Positions 1 to 11,293 of a stretch of 64,000 bases of DNA are shown one piece after another. This stretch comes from Escherichia coli (GTDB lineage Bacteria > Pseudomonadota > Gammaproteobacteria > Enterobacterales > Enterobacteriaceae). Under the pieces are notes generated by a model. It was not told the origin of the DNA, did not search any database, and saw only the letters and a list, made by a program, of their open reading frames with translations. Position 1 is the stretch's first letter; every line of letters starts with the position of its first letter. The translations under genes were made by a program, and so were the position numbers. Where the stretch lies: NCBI RefSeq assembly GCF_011045215.1, contig NZ_CP049202.1, one strand, 5' to 3'.

Positions 1-243
1 TTTTTCCTGTCCCCTTTTACCTTTCCCGATACCAGCGGAATTCAGGATAAACGTTACTTTCTGATTATTTTTTATCTCTTTGTGTCAAAAGTCATTTCGG
101 ATATCCAGGATAATACCCCTCATTTAACTTAAGAATAAACATGTGTTACTATATCGCTGCGTAACTTTGTTTGAAGTTCATAATAAAAAATCAGGGGTGA
201 ACAGGATTTCCTCCATCACGCGATGGAGGATTTTTTTACTGCT

Positions 244-804
244 CTATTTTTCTTCAAGTACAGCCCTGAGCTCTGCTTTTATCCGGTTCTGGCAACGGAT
301 TTTCTCCAGACGCGCTGCCGCATACGCTTCCTCCTCCTGAGAAATATGCTCCGTCACATACCCTTCCGTGTCATACCGGCAGGCACCGGCTTTCATCGCG
401 CCAAGATAGCTTTCTGAACGGGTGATGGCCTTCAGCGCCCTGCGCAGTTTTTTATGCGAGAGCGGGATATTCCGCTGCGCCACGTCTTCCAGTAACACGT
501 CCCGGATACCGCAGGCCAGAAGCCGGGGTGTGTCACCGTCAAATAATCCCGGCCACCAGGGCTTCAGGGTGTTCACAGCCTCATCCAGTGTGGGCAGGTT
601 CAGATAAATGGACAGCGCCTGTCTGGCCTGCGCTTTTTTTGCCGCCAGCTCTGCTTCCCGGGCCGCTTTCTCGGCCAGTTTCTGCTTTTTCACCTTCCAT
701 TTTGGTGGCGTGGTGACATTGATGATGGTTTTCCGGCTGCGGACAGGCGTCTCTCCTTCTGTTTTCCGCTTCAGTGTCAGTACCGGTCGTTTCTGCTCTG
801 TCAT
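244..804 (-). CDS. finO: FinO fertility-inhibition RNA chaperone (186 aa from internal [11 protein letters not shown]...)
   Basis: Translation matches remembered F FinO over its length; ATG at 804 gives the canonical 186 aa; last gene of the tra region. Confidence 0.9.
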   Translation of the reverse strand: MTEQKRPVLTLKRKTEGETPVRSRKTIINVTTPPKWKVKKQKLAEKAAREAELAAKKAQARQALSIYLNLPTLDEAVNTLKPWWPGLFDGDTPRLLACGIRDVLLEDVAQRNIPLSHKKLRRALKAITRSESYLGAMKAGACRYDTEGYVTEHISQEEEAYAAARLEKIRCQNRIKAELRAVLEEK

Positions 805-858
805 GCTGTGTTCTGCCTCTGACGAATCATCCTGTTGCGGCCAAAGATACCACACCCT

Positions 859-1605
859 TTACAGCGCCAGAACGCCCAGTACAACCAGATGACCAGCGTA
901 GAATACCGGGAAAAAATCCCCGGGCCAGAAACGGGGTAATGATTTCCCTGCACAGGACACCAGACCAACGGTCAGTACCGTCATCACAAGGCCGGCTACA
1001 GCCGCCGCATCACTGGCAGCAAGGTTCAGTGCCGGAATAACAACCAGCAGACATGCGACCAGCGCCAAGCGTTCCGCCCTGTCTTCCGCCCGGTACAATC
1101 GGTGACTGACCGCCAGCATCAGCAGCCCGGTAATACCGTAACTGGTGCCGGACAAAAGCAACCACACTGCCAGCAGCAACATGATTCCCACGGAACGCCA
1201 CCCACTGCGTATTTCACACCATGTCAGCACCTGTGCCGCAACTGCAAAGGCAAACAGGATATTCCCCTCATACCAGGGAAAGCCGGCCAGATAATATGCG
1301 AACTGGGCAATCACCGCCCATCCCCACAGCCGGTTAATGGTCACCTGCCGGATATGCGCATGACGGGACAGATTCAGCCCCCACACCAGGGCAAAAAGCG
1401 GAAAGGCTCCTCGACCGGCCAGAAACATCCACGTCTTATCCAGATGCAGAATGCGGTTTGCATGGTCCAGAACCATCAGCACCAGTGCCACCGTTTTGAT
1501 GATATCCCGCTGTCCGGGTGACCAGACCAGCAACGACTGCAACCAGGTATCGGTCCGGGCAGCCAGTGAATCATTACGTGTTGTGTTCGTGTTATCCGTT
1601 GTCAT
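859..1605 (-). CDS. traX: TraX F-pilin N-acetylase (248 aa, polytopic membrane)
   Basis: 248-aa hydrophobic protein directly downstream of traI; size, position and sequence as F TraX; ATG start. Confidence 0.9.
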   Translation of the reverse strand: MTTDNTNTTRNDSLAARTDTWLQSLLVWSPGQRDIIKTVALVLMVLDHANRILHLDKTWMFLAGRGAFPLFALVWGLNLSRHAHIRQVTINRLWGWAVIAQFAYYLAGFPWYEGNILFAFAVAAQVLTWCEIRSGWRSVGIMLLLAVWLLLSGTSYGITGLLMLAVSHRLYRAEDRAERLALVACLLVVIPALNLAASDAAAVAGLVMTVLTVGLVSCAGKSLPRFWPGDFFPVFYAGHLVVLGVLAL

Positions 1606-1624
1606 CAGCGTTTATCTTCCTGTG

Positions 1625-4600
1625 TCAGTCTCCGCCCAGGGTTTTCTCTTTCTGCAGGTCACGAACCATATCCCGCTCCATCTGCTGCAGTCGCTCCTGC
1701 AGCAGATTTTCCCGGGCAACCTCCCGGACCGCTTCCCGCACCCGTTGTGGTTCACGCAGTACACTCTCCGGCAGCGCGGCTTCCCGTTCAGTTATGGCAG
1801 CCCGGTCACGCTCCTGCCCGGCAATCTCCCTGACAGCCTGCTCTGTTTTGCCATCCGGCAGGTCAGGTTTGTTCTCTGCCATTTTACGGACAATTTCATC
1901 TGCGCGACGTTCCGTTTCACGGCGGATGGCCTCTTCAGCCTGCCGCTGTGCCAGTACCTCTGCCGTGACCGGTTCGCCATTTCCGGCCCCCGGCTGGACG
2001 CTGTTGTCCGGAATATCTCCCCACACGCGACCACCGGTGATGGCACCGGGATTCCACGGGCGACCTTCACCGGCAATTCTCACCACCACACCGCTGTCAG
2101 GATTATCACGAGCAATCCGGACGCCATCCTGCATGTTATCAGCCAGCAGACTCTCTCCGTTACGGCTGCCCTGCAGGGCCACGAACTGCGCATCTCCGCT
2201 GCCTTTCACCCGGCCTTCACCGCTGAATCCCCGCAGCCCGTTTCCGTCATCCGTAGTCAGTGGGTTCAGCCAGATACCGGCGGACTTGCCGTTACGGTCA
2301 AAAGCCGGCAGTGCCACATACGGCTGCGGATATTTGCGCCCCGGTGCAATAAACCGTGCAGGACTGTCTCCCCCGGCAAGTCCCGCCTGACGGAGAACGG
2401 CACGCCCTGCCGCCACGTCCCGCAGTTCCCGTGCCGTACTGAACAGTCGCTCTGCATTCATGACCTCCCGGTCAGCTTTCGGCTCCAGCACATCGTGGGC
2501 AGTCCCTTTCTGTACGGCATTGTTGATGGCATCCGTCCAGCCCTGACGGTCATCAGTGTACACCTGCACATGCTGCTTCATACGCGACAGGGCAACGTAG
2601 GCTGACTCAAAGCCGGCCATCTGTTTCCGGCCACCTTCCGTGCCTTCAAGCGCGATGGCAAAGGTTTCACTCGCCCCCTGTGCACCGTGGGCAGTGATGG
2701 CATAGGCCAGGTCAATATGTTGTTCTGCCTGCTCCTGACCGGGGCGAATCACCCGGGTCTGCAGTCCGTCAGAAAGCGTGACACTGTCACCGGAAACCGC
2801 CGTCACCGTCCAGACGCTGTTGGCCACATAGCCGCGCTCCCGGTCACTCTTCGTGAAGCGCATCCGGTCACCGGTCCCCACCCGGATGGTGTCCGGGGTG
2901 TACAGTGTGACACCTTCAGCCACCGCCTCCCGGGGCGAAATCAGCCGCGTGTTACCTTCCGCATCCTGCAGGGTTATCAGCCCGTCACCCTTACTGATAC
3001 CGGCAATCCGGTGATACACATTATCCACCAGGACAAGTGCGTCCCGATGTGTCTCCCAGGTGGAGAGACGACGCAACTCCCCGTCGCGTATATTCGCTGT
3101 GTTCAGGACAGGCACCATGACCTGCTCTTTTCCCAGCTCACCGGCCTTTTCCCGTGCATCATGAATCATGCTGTTCAGTACGCGCCGGTCCTCATTCAGA
3201 TGCGTGACAATCAGCGTCTGCTCCCGTGCTTCCGGCGTCCTGCCGGTATAATCGCGGACAATGGCTTCATACAGTGTCATGGGAATATCCGGAAAAGCCT
3301 CACCTTTCAGCATCGCCTTCTGCTGCGCTTCTGCCAGTTTCGCTTCCTGGCTGTGACTGAACTCCGTCACGGAGTGCTCCGGTACCCATGCGCCCTCCTG
3401 ACGTGGCACCTGAGACGGTTTCACACTCTCAAGCCCGGACAGTGCCCTTTCCACATCCCGGTTAATCAGGCTGTATACCGCCTCCCGCAGCTCCGGCGTC
3501 TGACGCACAATCTCCTTCATGATGGCCACATCGGCAGCACTGCGCGTCTGCTGGAGACGGAAAGGCTGACCGGGCGCGATGGCCTGCAGCTGGTCCGTGT
3601 CACCACTGGCCACGGCACGACCACCACCGGCCGCAATCAGGGCGTATGCCCGTGCCATGTCGGTATTGCCCACCATTGAGCTCTCATCGAGCAGGAACAG
3701 CGTGTTGCTGAAATCCGGCGTTTCTCCGCTGCGCTGCTGCAGCTGCGTGTCATGCAGAAAGGACGCCAGTGTCTGTGCATCCACGCCAGCGCTGCGCATC
3801 TCCCCGACCGCACGGTGCGTGGGCCCCAGCCCCACGACACGGGGACGCTCACTCTCCGGCAGCATGTTCACGGCTGACATCACCGCCCGGAACTGTGTGG
3901 TCTTACCCACACCGGCATAACCCTGCACCACCGTGAAGCGGTCAGAGGTTTCCAGTATCATGCGGGTGGCGGCACGTTGCCCCGACGTCAGTTTCTCCAT
4001 AAGTTCGCCAGGTACTCTCTCCATCAGCGGCGTGACAGCCTCCTTACCTTCGAGAATATGGCGAATAATGCTTTTTTCAGCCTCATATGACGCACGGGAA
4101 ACCAGCAGGTCTGTGCCATAACCTTTTGCCACATCCACATGCAGTAAATCACCGCGTTTTATCTGTGCATCGATTTCCCGCCCCAGGTCAGCAAAACTGG
4201 TTCCTTCTGCAGCAAACGACTTTGCCTCTGTCAGCAGGTCCACATGGCTGAAGGCCAGGTTTTTACTTTCCACCACCGGAAGGGCCAGATGAATGGCCTG
4301 CTGTGCCGGCGTGTGAAGTGCGGACTTCTGATGACTGATAGCGGTTTCCAGCGATGTCTCACCGGCCCGCGCCTTTATCTGCTCAGAAACCACCGTAAAG
4401 GAGGGATGGCGGGCAAGTTTTTCCGCAGTACGGGTTTCATCCAGTGAGGAATACAGCCGGACATCACGACCGCTGCGGGCCAGACCGTTCAGGGTGGCGT
4501 TGTCCATTGCCATCTGTGTGACGGAGGCAAAAACCTTCGCACTGTCGCTGACGGAATGCCCGGGCGTTTCCACCCAGCCGTTCTCCAGCTTCAGTGCCGT

Positions 4601-6895
4601 GAACGGTGAATCAGCCACAGGCAGGGTGGCCGGTTCAGCCCGCCCCGGCACAACAACCGTCATCGCATCTTCACTGACGGATGCCACCTGCAGGCGGTCA
4701 CCGCCGGAGACGCGGAGTCCGGGGATTTGTCCCGTCACCCTCAGACGCTCGCCGTCTGCCACCGGCATTTTTTCCGGCCGGAACAGCGACCAGCTGCTGT
4801 CCAGAGAAGAAATACGCACCACCTGCGTTTCACCCTGCGCATCCCGCAGGGTCAGGCTGTGACTCTGCGCCGTCACCCGGTCTATCACATAGCGGTCATG
4901 ACTGCGTGTCTCCGGGTTCCACTGCTCCATCACCATCCCCGGGCGGTACATATCCCGCAGATAACGGCTCCGGCTGTCCAGCCAGACCGGTGACAGGGCG
5001 GTCATGGTTACTTCCGGGTGTCCGAGCACGCCCTGTGTTTTCAGCTCACTGCGAATGGCCTGTGTCAGTATGGCCTGTTCCCGTACCCCGCTGACCTGTG
5101 CCACGCTCTCTTCTCCGGCTTTCACGCTGGCCGCAAAATCTCCTGCCAGCCGGGCATAGCGGACATTACGGTCCGGTTCACTGATGATGGTGGCCGGTCG
5201 CTGTTCTCCCCCCAGCCAGCGATATGTGTTCACCCCGGCATCCTTCATGGCCATCAGCGCACTGCCTGTACCGGTTCGCTGCCCGCTGTCGGTTATCAGG
5301 ACCTGTACGTTATGACGTGCGGCACCGTCCAGCAGGGTTAACGTCTCTTTCAGGGAGAGTTTTTCGCCCTGGTCAACGATAACAGTACTGCCCGGCGTGA
5401 AGGCCATGCCTTCCAGCAACTGACGACGTCCGGTTATCAGCTCACCGGACAGCCGTTCATCCTGCTTCAGGTTCATCTGCGAGCGACGGTCAGCAGCGAT
5501 AATCTGCACTTCCCGCCCCTGCTCCCGGGCCATCATGACCAGTTCAGCCACCCGCTCACGCTGCCCGGCTGCACCGCCCTGCCCGGACACAATGGCCAGC
5601 GACGGACGGTCCTGTGCCAGAACACTGACCGCATCGCTGTAACCAGCCGTCCGGGGGACACTTTTCTCCGGATGTACGGTCACCCGGTTCTGTTTCATGA
5701 TGTCACGACTGAGTGCCCGGACGGACAGCTCATCGAGCACATGAATTCCTGATGTGAACAGCCCCTTCTCACGGTCGAGGGGGATGAGTTGCTCACGACT
5801 GATGGCCTCATCGATACCGGCGCGTGCCCGTTCAATCACACCATTTTCCGGCGGCAGTATACCGACCGTTCTGGCCAGCACGTCCGTATACGTGAACTGC
5901 ACTTTTCGTTCACTTAATCCGGCAATGGCCTGTGTCACCGCCTGCTGCACATCCGGCCCCTCCAGTGAAACAGCCCCGGGCGCCTGCGTGCGGGTCTCTG
6001 CCCGTTGCTCCGCCGCGTCACGATACGCCCGGATATCGAACCCGGTTTCCTTCAGTGTCTGCATCCACTCGGTCATTTTGATTTCAGGATCGACGTGCTG
6101 TTTGGATTTTCGCGTATCCAGTGCTGCCACATCCCGGGATTTCAGCGAGGCGTCTTCCCCGACGGCCTCCCTGATAGCCTGCGAACGACTGGAAAAGGCC
6201 TCCACCGGTACGCCCGGCATCTCCCACATCCCGTGCTTACCGACCACTTCGGTTTCATAGCCCAGCGCCTCAACCTGCTCTTTCAGCTTTTCCCGGTAGA
6301 GTCTGCCAAAGGCAATCTGATTAGCGTACACATTCTCAATGAACCCTGTTTTTCCCACTTTGTCACTGCTCAGTGTCTTCCACTCGCCGTTATGCTGTGT
6401 AACATTGGCCACCACCGCATGCGTGTGTAACTGTGGTTCCTGATCGCGACTGGTGTCGTGATTAAAAAGCGCCATCACCAGATTACCGGTCAGCACCGTT
6501 TCTGACTGTCCGTCCGTCATAACCCGTGTGGAGGCCAGCGCCTCCACCTGACGGACAGCAAAATCCACGGCCTGGTTATGTGCATCAATAAGACGTTTAT
6601 CACCGCCTAACATGGCCATCACGGAGACACTTTTGGGGGCGGAGAAGGTCAGGTCGTAGCCGGGACGATGCTTATTACTGCCATCCTGCATGCGGCTTAA
6701 ATCCGCTCCGTCCGGCAGCCTGCCCTCCAGAAGACGGGTAAAAACATCCTTATCGACACTGCCCTGCAGCCCCAGCTGTTCAGCCCCCCTGCCGGCCCAG
6801 CGTTCTCCCATGCTGCCCAGCACATAGTAATTATCCTTGTCGGTATAATAGTTACCGGCACTTCCGGCCGATCTGACCTGCGCGATACTCATCAT
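1625..6895 (-). CDS. traI: TraI relaxase/DNA helicase I (1756 aa)
   Basis: 1756 aa as in F TraI; N-terminal relaxase domain and C-terminal helicase region with Walker A (GYAGVGKT); ATG overlaps traD stop. Confidence 0.97.
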   Translation of the reverse strand: MMSIAQVRSAGSAGNYYTDKDNYYVLGSMGERWAGRGAEQLGLQGSVDKDVFTRLLEGRLPDGADLSRMQDGSNKHRPGYDLTFSAPKSVSVMAMLGGDKRLIDAHNQAVDFAVRQVEALASTRVMTDGQSETVLTGNLVMALFNHDTSRDQEPQLHTHAVVANVTQHNGEWKTLSSDKVGKTGFIENVYANQIAFGRLYREKLKEQVEALGYETEVVGKHGMWEMPGVPVEAFSSRSQAIREAVGEDASLKSRDVAALDTRKSKQHVDPEIKMTEWMQTLKETGFDIRAYRDAAEQRAETRTQAPGAVSLEGPDVQQAVTQAIAGLSERKVQFTYTDVLARTVGILPPENGVIERARAGIDEAISREQLIPLDREKGLFTSGIHVLDELSVRALSRDIMKQNRVTVHPEKSVPRTAGYSDAVSVLAQDRPSLAIVSGQGGAAGQRERVAELVMMAREQGREVQIIAADRRSQMNLKQDERLSGELITGRRQLLEGMAFTPGSTVIVDQGEKLSLKETLTLLDGAARHNVQVLITDSGQRTGTGSALMAMKDAGVNTYRWLGGEQRPATIISEPDRNVRYARLAGDFAASVKAGEESVAQVSGVREQAILTQAIRSELKTQGVLGHPEVTMTALSPVWLDSRSRYLRDMYRPGMVMEQWNPETRSHDRYVIDRVTAQSHSLTLRDAQGETQVVRISSLDSSWSLFRPEKMPVADGERLRVTGQIPGLRVSGGDRLQVASVSEDAMTVVVPGRAEPATLPVADSPFTALKLENGWVETPGHSVSDSAKVFASVTQMAMDNATLNGLARSGRDVRLYSSLDETRTAEKLARHPSFTVVSEQIKARAGETSLETAISHQKSALHTPAQQAIHLALPVVESKNLAFSHVDLLTEAKSFAAEGTSFADLGREIDAQIKRGDLLHVDVAKGYGTDLLVSRASYEAEKSIIRHILEGKEAVTPLMERVPGELMEKLTSGQRAATRMILETSDRFTVVQGYAGVGKTTQFRAVMSAVNMLPESERPRVVGLGPTHRAVGEMRSAGVDAQTLASFLHDTQLQQRSGETPDFSNTLFLLDESSMVGNTDMARAYALIAAGGGRAVASGDTDQLQAIAPGQPFRLQQTRSAADVAIMKEIVRQTPELREAVYSLINRDVERALSGLESVKPSQVPRQEGAWVPEHSVTEFSHSQEAKLAEAQQKAMLKGEAFPDIPMTLYEAIVRDYTGRTPEAREQTLIVTHLNEDRRVLNSMIHDAREKAGELGKEQVMVPVLNTANIRDGELRRLSTWETHRDALVLVDNVYHRIAGISKGDGLITLQDAEGNTRLISPREAVAEGVTLYTPDTIRVGTGDRMRFTKSDRERGYVANSVWTVTAVSGDSVTLSDGLQTRVIRPGQEQAEQHIDLAYAITAHGAQGASETFAIALEGTEGGRKQMAGFESAYVALSRMKQHVQVYTDDRQGWTDAINNAVQKGTAHDVLEPKADREVMNAERLFSTARELRDVAAGRAVLRQAGLAGGDSPARFIAPGRKYPQPYVALPAFDRNGKSAGIWLNPLTTDDGNGLRGFSGEGRVKGSGDAQFVALQGSRNGESLLADNMQDGVRIARDNPDSGVVVRIAGEGRPWNPGAITGGRVWGDIPDNSVQPGAGNGEPVTAEVLAQRQAEEAIRRETERRADEIVRKMAENKPDLPDGKTEQAVREIAGQERDRAAITEREAALPESVLREPQRVREAVREVARENLLQERLQQMERDMVRDLQKEKTLGGD

Positions 6896-9048
6896 CAGAA
6901 ATCATCTCCCGGCTCAACATCCTCCCCGCGCTCCCGGTGCACATTAATGTTCACCTCTTCACGACGCTGCATCTGCTGCTGGATGTCCGGATGATTTTCC
7001 TGTTGCCATGCCTCATAAGCGGCCATATCCACTACTTCACCGGATTCACTGATCCCGGGTGGCAGTTGCTGTTCCATCTCTTCTTCCGGTTTCATTTTCA
7101 GCTCCTGCTCGATCCCCCCTGCCGGAACATTCACACCTGCATCTGACTTCTTATCATTGATGACAGAAGACACTGGCTGTTGTGGCTGTTCAGCCTGAAC
7201 CACGTCTTCTCCGGAAACAACCTCCGGGACATCCGGTTCGAAGAGGCTGGCCATCTGGCGACCTTCTGCTTCTCTTGCGGCAAGCACGGCACTCAGGCGA
7301 TTCTCCATTTCCGGATTGATTTCACGCGGAATAAACTCCGGAGCAACCTTCGGACGTTCCTGATATTTCAGTGAGAGTTTTACTGCCGGATACGGTCCGG
7401 GCAGGGTGACATAACAGGTCAGATCCGGCAGAGACTGAATGTCGGAATAACTGACCAGCGTCTGGCGCTCCATATCCTTACCGGTCGATACCCCGTCACG
7501 CACGGGATCAGCACCGTAGGAATACTGCTCGCTGGCTTTCAGGTGCTCTTTCTCACCAATTTCACCGGCAGCGAACTCTGCAATCTTATGGCTGGGAGAA
7601 CGGAAAAAGGCACGGGTGTTCATGACGTCAAACAGCGTGGCAGCCGCTTTCTCACCGTAGATATCTTCCAGCTGGGCATAGGACTGGATACCAAATACAT
7701 AGCAGCCACCAAACTTACGGGCTTCCGGCAGGATCTCCACCAGGTCCGGCAGTTTGTGTAACGTGGGTAACTCATCACAGAAAAACCACACACGACGGCT
7801 ACGGTTTTCTCCCATTGCCAGCAGACCACGAATGGCAATGGACAGCCACATGGAGATCACCGGCTTCAGGGAGGCATGGGTGTCGGCGTTCGACGAGATA
7901 AACAGCCAGCCGTTTTTCTGATCTTCCCGGACACCACGCATCCAGTCACGGATGGTGAAGGGCTCACCGTTATGCTCAATCCCCTGCAGGTAACGGATGG
8001 CTTTCACGTAGTTGGTCAGCACAGCACGGATGGAAATCGCCGTTTTCTCGATTTTCTCTTCCACCAGGTTGGCCGCCGGTGAATTACGCAGGAAGGTACG
8101 CAGTTTTTCGATTTTGATGGAAAGCAGTGTGTCCACCAGTTTGCTGTAACTGCGGTTGGGGTCATTACGCATCAGGTACGCCGCTTCCGCAAAAATGGTA
8201 CGTCCTGAACCCTGCCAGAACGGGTCCTCTTTTGTGCCCATCGGGATCAGCGTGTTCGCGGTATTATCAAAATCCGGCTGTGTCAGGCACTCCTTCCACA
8301 AATCCCAGGCGGCACAGCGGGCATCCAGCGGATTCAGGATTTTATCGATGGAGGGATCATAGTAACTTTTAACAAATTCCCCTGAACGGTCATAAATCAC
8401 CACCATATCTCCACGCTGACGGGCGTAGTTGGCCAGACGACGGATAACTTCCGACTTACCGGCCCCGACCGTGCCGTGCAGACAGAAGTTCTGGATTTCG
8501 GAATCCCGGATAATCGGCAGGTCGCCAATCCGTATATCGGAGTCCTTGCCGTCTTTTTTCAGCATCCGGGCAACGTCTTTCGGGTTCTCCGTCAGCTGAC
8601 GACCACCTGTGACTTCATTTTCGCTCTGTTGTTTACCCTGACGCCCCAGAATCCAGGAGACAACAAAGAAGGTAATCAGGCAAATAACCAGTGCCACAAC
8701 TGTGGCCAGAACGAATGCGGACCATAGCTGCTCTCCGCACCAGATCATATATTTATCATGCAGTACCTGAGCAGCATTCATCCGGAAGGTTTTGCCGTAA
8801 TACTGGATCTCATATACCGGCTGGGACCTGATTAAATCCCGCATGCCTTCCAGCGTGGTACACCACCAGTAAATACAGCCGTTCACAAACGTCTGCCAGC
8901 TTATTTTTACCCATAAAACCAGACCAACGAGTATCCAGAAAAAAATAAACAGGCAGTAAAGCATGATATTGGCGATCTGGCTGAACATGCGGATACGCAT
9001 GGACGCAATCTGACCGCCCTGGGTCATATCCTTTGCGTTAAAACTCAT
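6895..9048 (-). CDS. traD: TraD type IV coupling protein (717 aa)
   Basis: 717 aa; N-terminal TM segments, Walker A (GTVGAGKS), acidic C-terminal tail ending ...EPGDDF as in F TraD. Confidence 0.95.
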   Translation of the reverse strand: MSFNAKDMTQGGQIASMRIRMFSQIANIMLYCLFIFFWILVGLVLWVKISWQTFVNGCIYWWCTTLEGMRDLIRSQPVYEIQYYGKTFRMNAAQVLHDKYMIWCGEQLWSAFVLATVVALVICLITFFVVSWILGRQGKQQSENEVTGGRQLTENPKDVARMLKKDGKDSDIRIGDLPIIRDSEIQNFCLHGTVGAGKSEVIRRLANYARQRGDMVVIYDRSGEFVKSYYDPSIDKILNPLDARCAAWDLWKECLTQPDFDNTANTLIPMGTKEDPFWQGSGRTIFAEAAYLMRNDPNRSYSKLVDTLLSIKIEKLRTFLRNSPAANLVEEKIEKTAISIRAVLTNYVKAIRYLQGIEHNGEPFTIRDWMRGVREDQKNGWLFISSNADTHASLKPVISMWLSIAIRGLLAMGENRSRRVWFFCDELPTLHKLPDLVEILPEARKFGGCYVFGIQSYAQLEDIYGEKAAATLFDVMNTRAFFRSPSHKIAEFAAGEIGEKEHLKASEQYSYGADPVRDGVSTGKDMERQTLVSYSDIQSLPDLTCYVTLPGPYPAVKLSLKYQERPKVAPEFIPREINPEMENRLSAVLAAREAEGRQMASLFEPDVPEVVSGEDVVQAEQPQQPVSSVINDKKSDAGVNVPAGGIEQELKMKPEEEMEQQLPPGISESGEVVDMAAYEAWQQENHPDIQQQMQRREEVNINVHRERGEDVEPGDDF

Positions 9049-9098
9049 GATGAAACTCCGGGAAAATCTGGAACAGAGCAGAAAAGGATGATGTGGGA

Positions 9099-9836
9099 TT
9101 AATTCACAGAAACAGACCAGGTGTACCCTGTATGCCGGTGGTGATAACCGCCTGCAGTCCTGCCGGAAGAGACCTTCTTTGTAACAATGTCAGTCAGGCG
9201 CAATACTTCAGACCAGTCACTCCCATGCGGAAACTGGATCTGAATAAAAAGGCGTACCCGTTCACGATGATCCAGAACTGTGTCCGGTTCATAAAGCAGA
9301 CCACTATCAGGAGAAACACGGGACGTTTTATTGATGAGTTCGTATTTATCGGCATGAGACAGTGATGAAAGCGCCCAGGTAATATTTTCGCCCTGATGAC
9401 CATCAATACGACTGTTCCCCGGCGTCCAGGCAATTTCCTGCGCATTCGCCACGATGATCTGTCTCGATACTTCTGCCAGCTTTTTTGAAGTACAGAATAC
9501 CGGTGCCAGCACACACAGGGACAAAAAATTGCAGCTGACCGCTTCCGGTTTAACCGGACTGCTCCCGGATTTTTCAGGAAAAGATATTTTTGTCAGTATT
9601 TCAGTTAATTCCTTATGCCTGAGAGAGTTAATAAAGTGCATGACAAGCATCATGAGAAACAATATAACAATAAGCCCTCCGATAACCACTAAAAGGTCAG
9701 TATCAATATTATTGTTGTACAGATAGTCTTTAGTGGTCGCTGTATTATCCTGTATCACCGGGGGGTATTCAGTTACAGGCTTCTCAGTAAATTGATTATT
9801 CTCACCAACATATTCAGCGATATTGTCTGATGTCAT
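9099..9836 (-). CDS. Hypothetical single-pass membrane protein (245 aa from ATG with GGAG RBS); not part of the canonical F tra set
   Basis: ORF between traT and traD; start chosen at MTSDNIAEY (GGAG ~8 nt upstream); one strong TM helix ([22 protein letters not shown]); no recognisable domain. Confidence 0.55.
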   Translation of the reverse strand: MTSDNIAEYVGENNQFTEKPVTEYPPVIQDNTATTKDYLYNNNIDTDLLVVIGGLIVILFLMMLVMHFINSLRHKELTEILTKISFPEKSGSSPVKPEAVSCNFLSLCVLAPVFCTSKKLAEVSRQIIVANAQEIAWTPGNSRIDGHQGENITWALSSLSHADKYELINKTSRVSPDSGLLYEPDTVLDHRERVRLFIQIQFPHGSDWSEVLRLTDIVTKKVSSGRTAGGYHHRHTGYTWSVSVN

Positions 9837-10038
9837 AATGACTTTCTCCGGAAGCTTCCGGCTTCGCCGGCAACACTTCACGGTCGCACAAAGAATTTGC
9901 ACAACCGCTCAGTGTTTTCATATTTATTTCGGAAACGCCGGGGAGAAATAAAATTTATTTTATTTCTTTCCGGGGTTGGACAACGAGCAAAGCGAGGCGT
10001 CAGTCAGGAGGCCGGTCAGACCAGCCTCCTGAAGATAA

Positions 10039-10770
10039 TCAGAGAATATTTGCGATTGATTTGGCCAGCTGGTCTTCGAGAACAGGCTTCGCCTCTTCAA
10101 ATTTCAGGTTAACCTTGTTCGCACTGGAGACCACACGGGTCTGGTATTTATGCTGGTTACCTGTTTCAGTACTGGTCTGAATTTTCGCACCTGATGTGCC
10201 CTGACGCAGGGCGGCAACATTATCCGTTGTCACCGTTGCCTTAGTACGCTCTGCAATCTGCACATCCGTGATCATGGTATAGTTCACATCTTCCACCATC
10301 GCATCTGCAGCCATACCCACCAGACCGGCAGCAAGGCCCACACCGAGTGTGGCACCGGCAGAACTGGAATTATATCCGGTGATACCGGCACCTAACGCTG
10401 CACCAACTGCTGCGCCTTCATAACCACGGTTCAGCCATCCCTGAGACTCCCGCAGATCCATCTTATCGGCCTTCAGCACATTCGCCTGAATCCAGTAGTA
10501 GGCTTTATCCGGAGAAGTCACCACCTGATATCCTTTTGCTTTCACAGCATCAGCAATTTTGCCCTGCAGCCCACTCATGTCTTTATCAGACGTGTTTTTG
10601 ATCTGCAGAAATACCGTGCGTTCGCTGGCGGGTTCAAGCCAGATGGTCTCACTCATCTGAGTCTTCACCTCAAGGTTACGCTTCTTGATTGCTGTGCTCA
10701 TCGCACCACACCCTGAAAGGGCCAGAGTGGAACTGACCAGTGCAACCATCATTAGTTTTTTTGTTTTCAT
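10039..10770 (-). CDS. traT: TraT surface-exclusion outer-membrane lipoprotein (243 aa)
   Basis: Lipoprotein signal with lipobox LSGC; sequence matches remembered TraT; ATG start. Confidence 0.93.
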   Translation of the reverse strand: MKTKKLMMVALVSSTLALSGCGAMSTAIKKRNLEVKTQMSETIWLEPASERTVFLQIKNTSDKDMSGLQGKIADAVKAKGYQVVTSPDKAYYWIQANVLKADKMDLRESQGWLNRGYEGAAVGAALGAGITGYNSSSAGATLGVGLAAGLVGMAADAMVEDVNYTMITDVQIAERTKATVTTDNVAALRQGTSGAKIQTSTETGNQHKYQTRVVSSANKVNLKFEEAKPVLEDQLAKSIANIL

Positions 10771-10783
10771 CCAAAATATCCTT

Positions 10784-11293
10784 TTAACTAACAGATTCTT
10801 TTTTGAACAGACCTATTACTGAGACTATTGCAGAGAGATTATAACGATTTATATCTATAGTATAAATAAAGGAAAAAATTACAAACAGAGTTATCGATAA
10901 AAAACCAAATAAGAACGTATGGGCGAAGGAAACTATTGAAAAAACAATCACAAACAACAAGATATAAGTTTTGTTCTTATCATACATAAAAGATATAACT
11001 TTCGACTCATCTCTGAATTTTTTAGGGATAGCAAGATACAACATCATTCCATTAGTAATGGCAACAAAAAGGATAAACCCCATTACGCCACTAAAACATA
11101 TATCAAATCCGGCATCTCGGATATCAACTTTATCTGCCAGCAAACGGAGAAATGTCGGCCATAATAAAATCCATAAAAATACATACCCCCCTGGCTTTAT
11201 GACTTGTAATAATGGCGGAATATTAACACCCTCTACAGAGAGTACATCCTTTAGTTTCTGTGTCTCCGTTTTTATATCATAGTGAGTAATCAT
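10784..11293 (-). CDS. traS: TraS-like entry-exclusion inner-membrane protein (169 aa)
   Basis: Very hydrophobic, AT-rich ORF between traG and traT, the position of the allele-variable traS; start ATG overlaps traG stop. Confidence 0.55.
   Translation of the reverse strand: MITHYDIKTETQKLKDVLSVEGVNIPPLLQVIKPGGYVFLWILLWPTFLRLLADKVDIRDAGFDICFSGVMGFILFVAITNGMMLYLAIPKKFRDESKVISFMYDKNKTYILLFVIVFSIVSFAHTFLFGFLSITLFVIFSFIYTIDINRYNLSAIVSVIGLFKKESVS

Noticed and set aside
1-243. Region downstream of finO with 65-aa and 64-aa plus-strand ORFs
   Set aside because: Short AT-rich stretch at the window edge without RBS or recognisable product; insufficient evidence.
1451-3679. Long plus-strand ORFs (384, 290 and 330 aa) overlapping traI
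   Set aside because: They lie antisense to the well-supported traI gene; low-complexity Ser/Arg/Pro-rich translations typical of GC-rich antisense frames.
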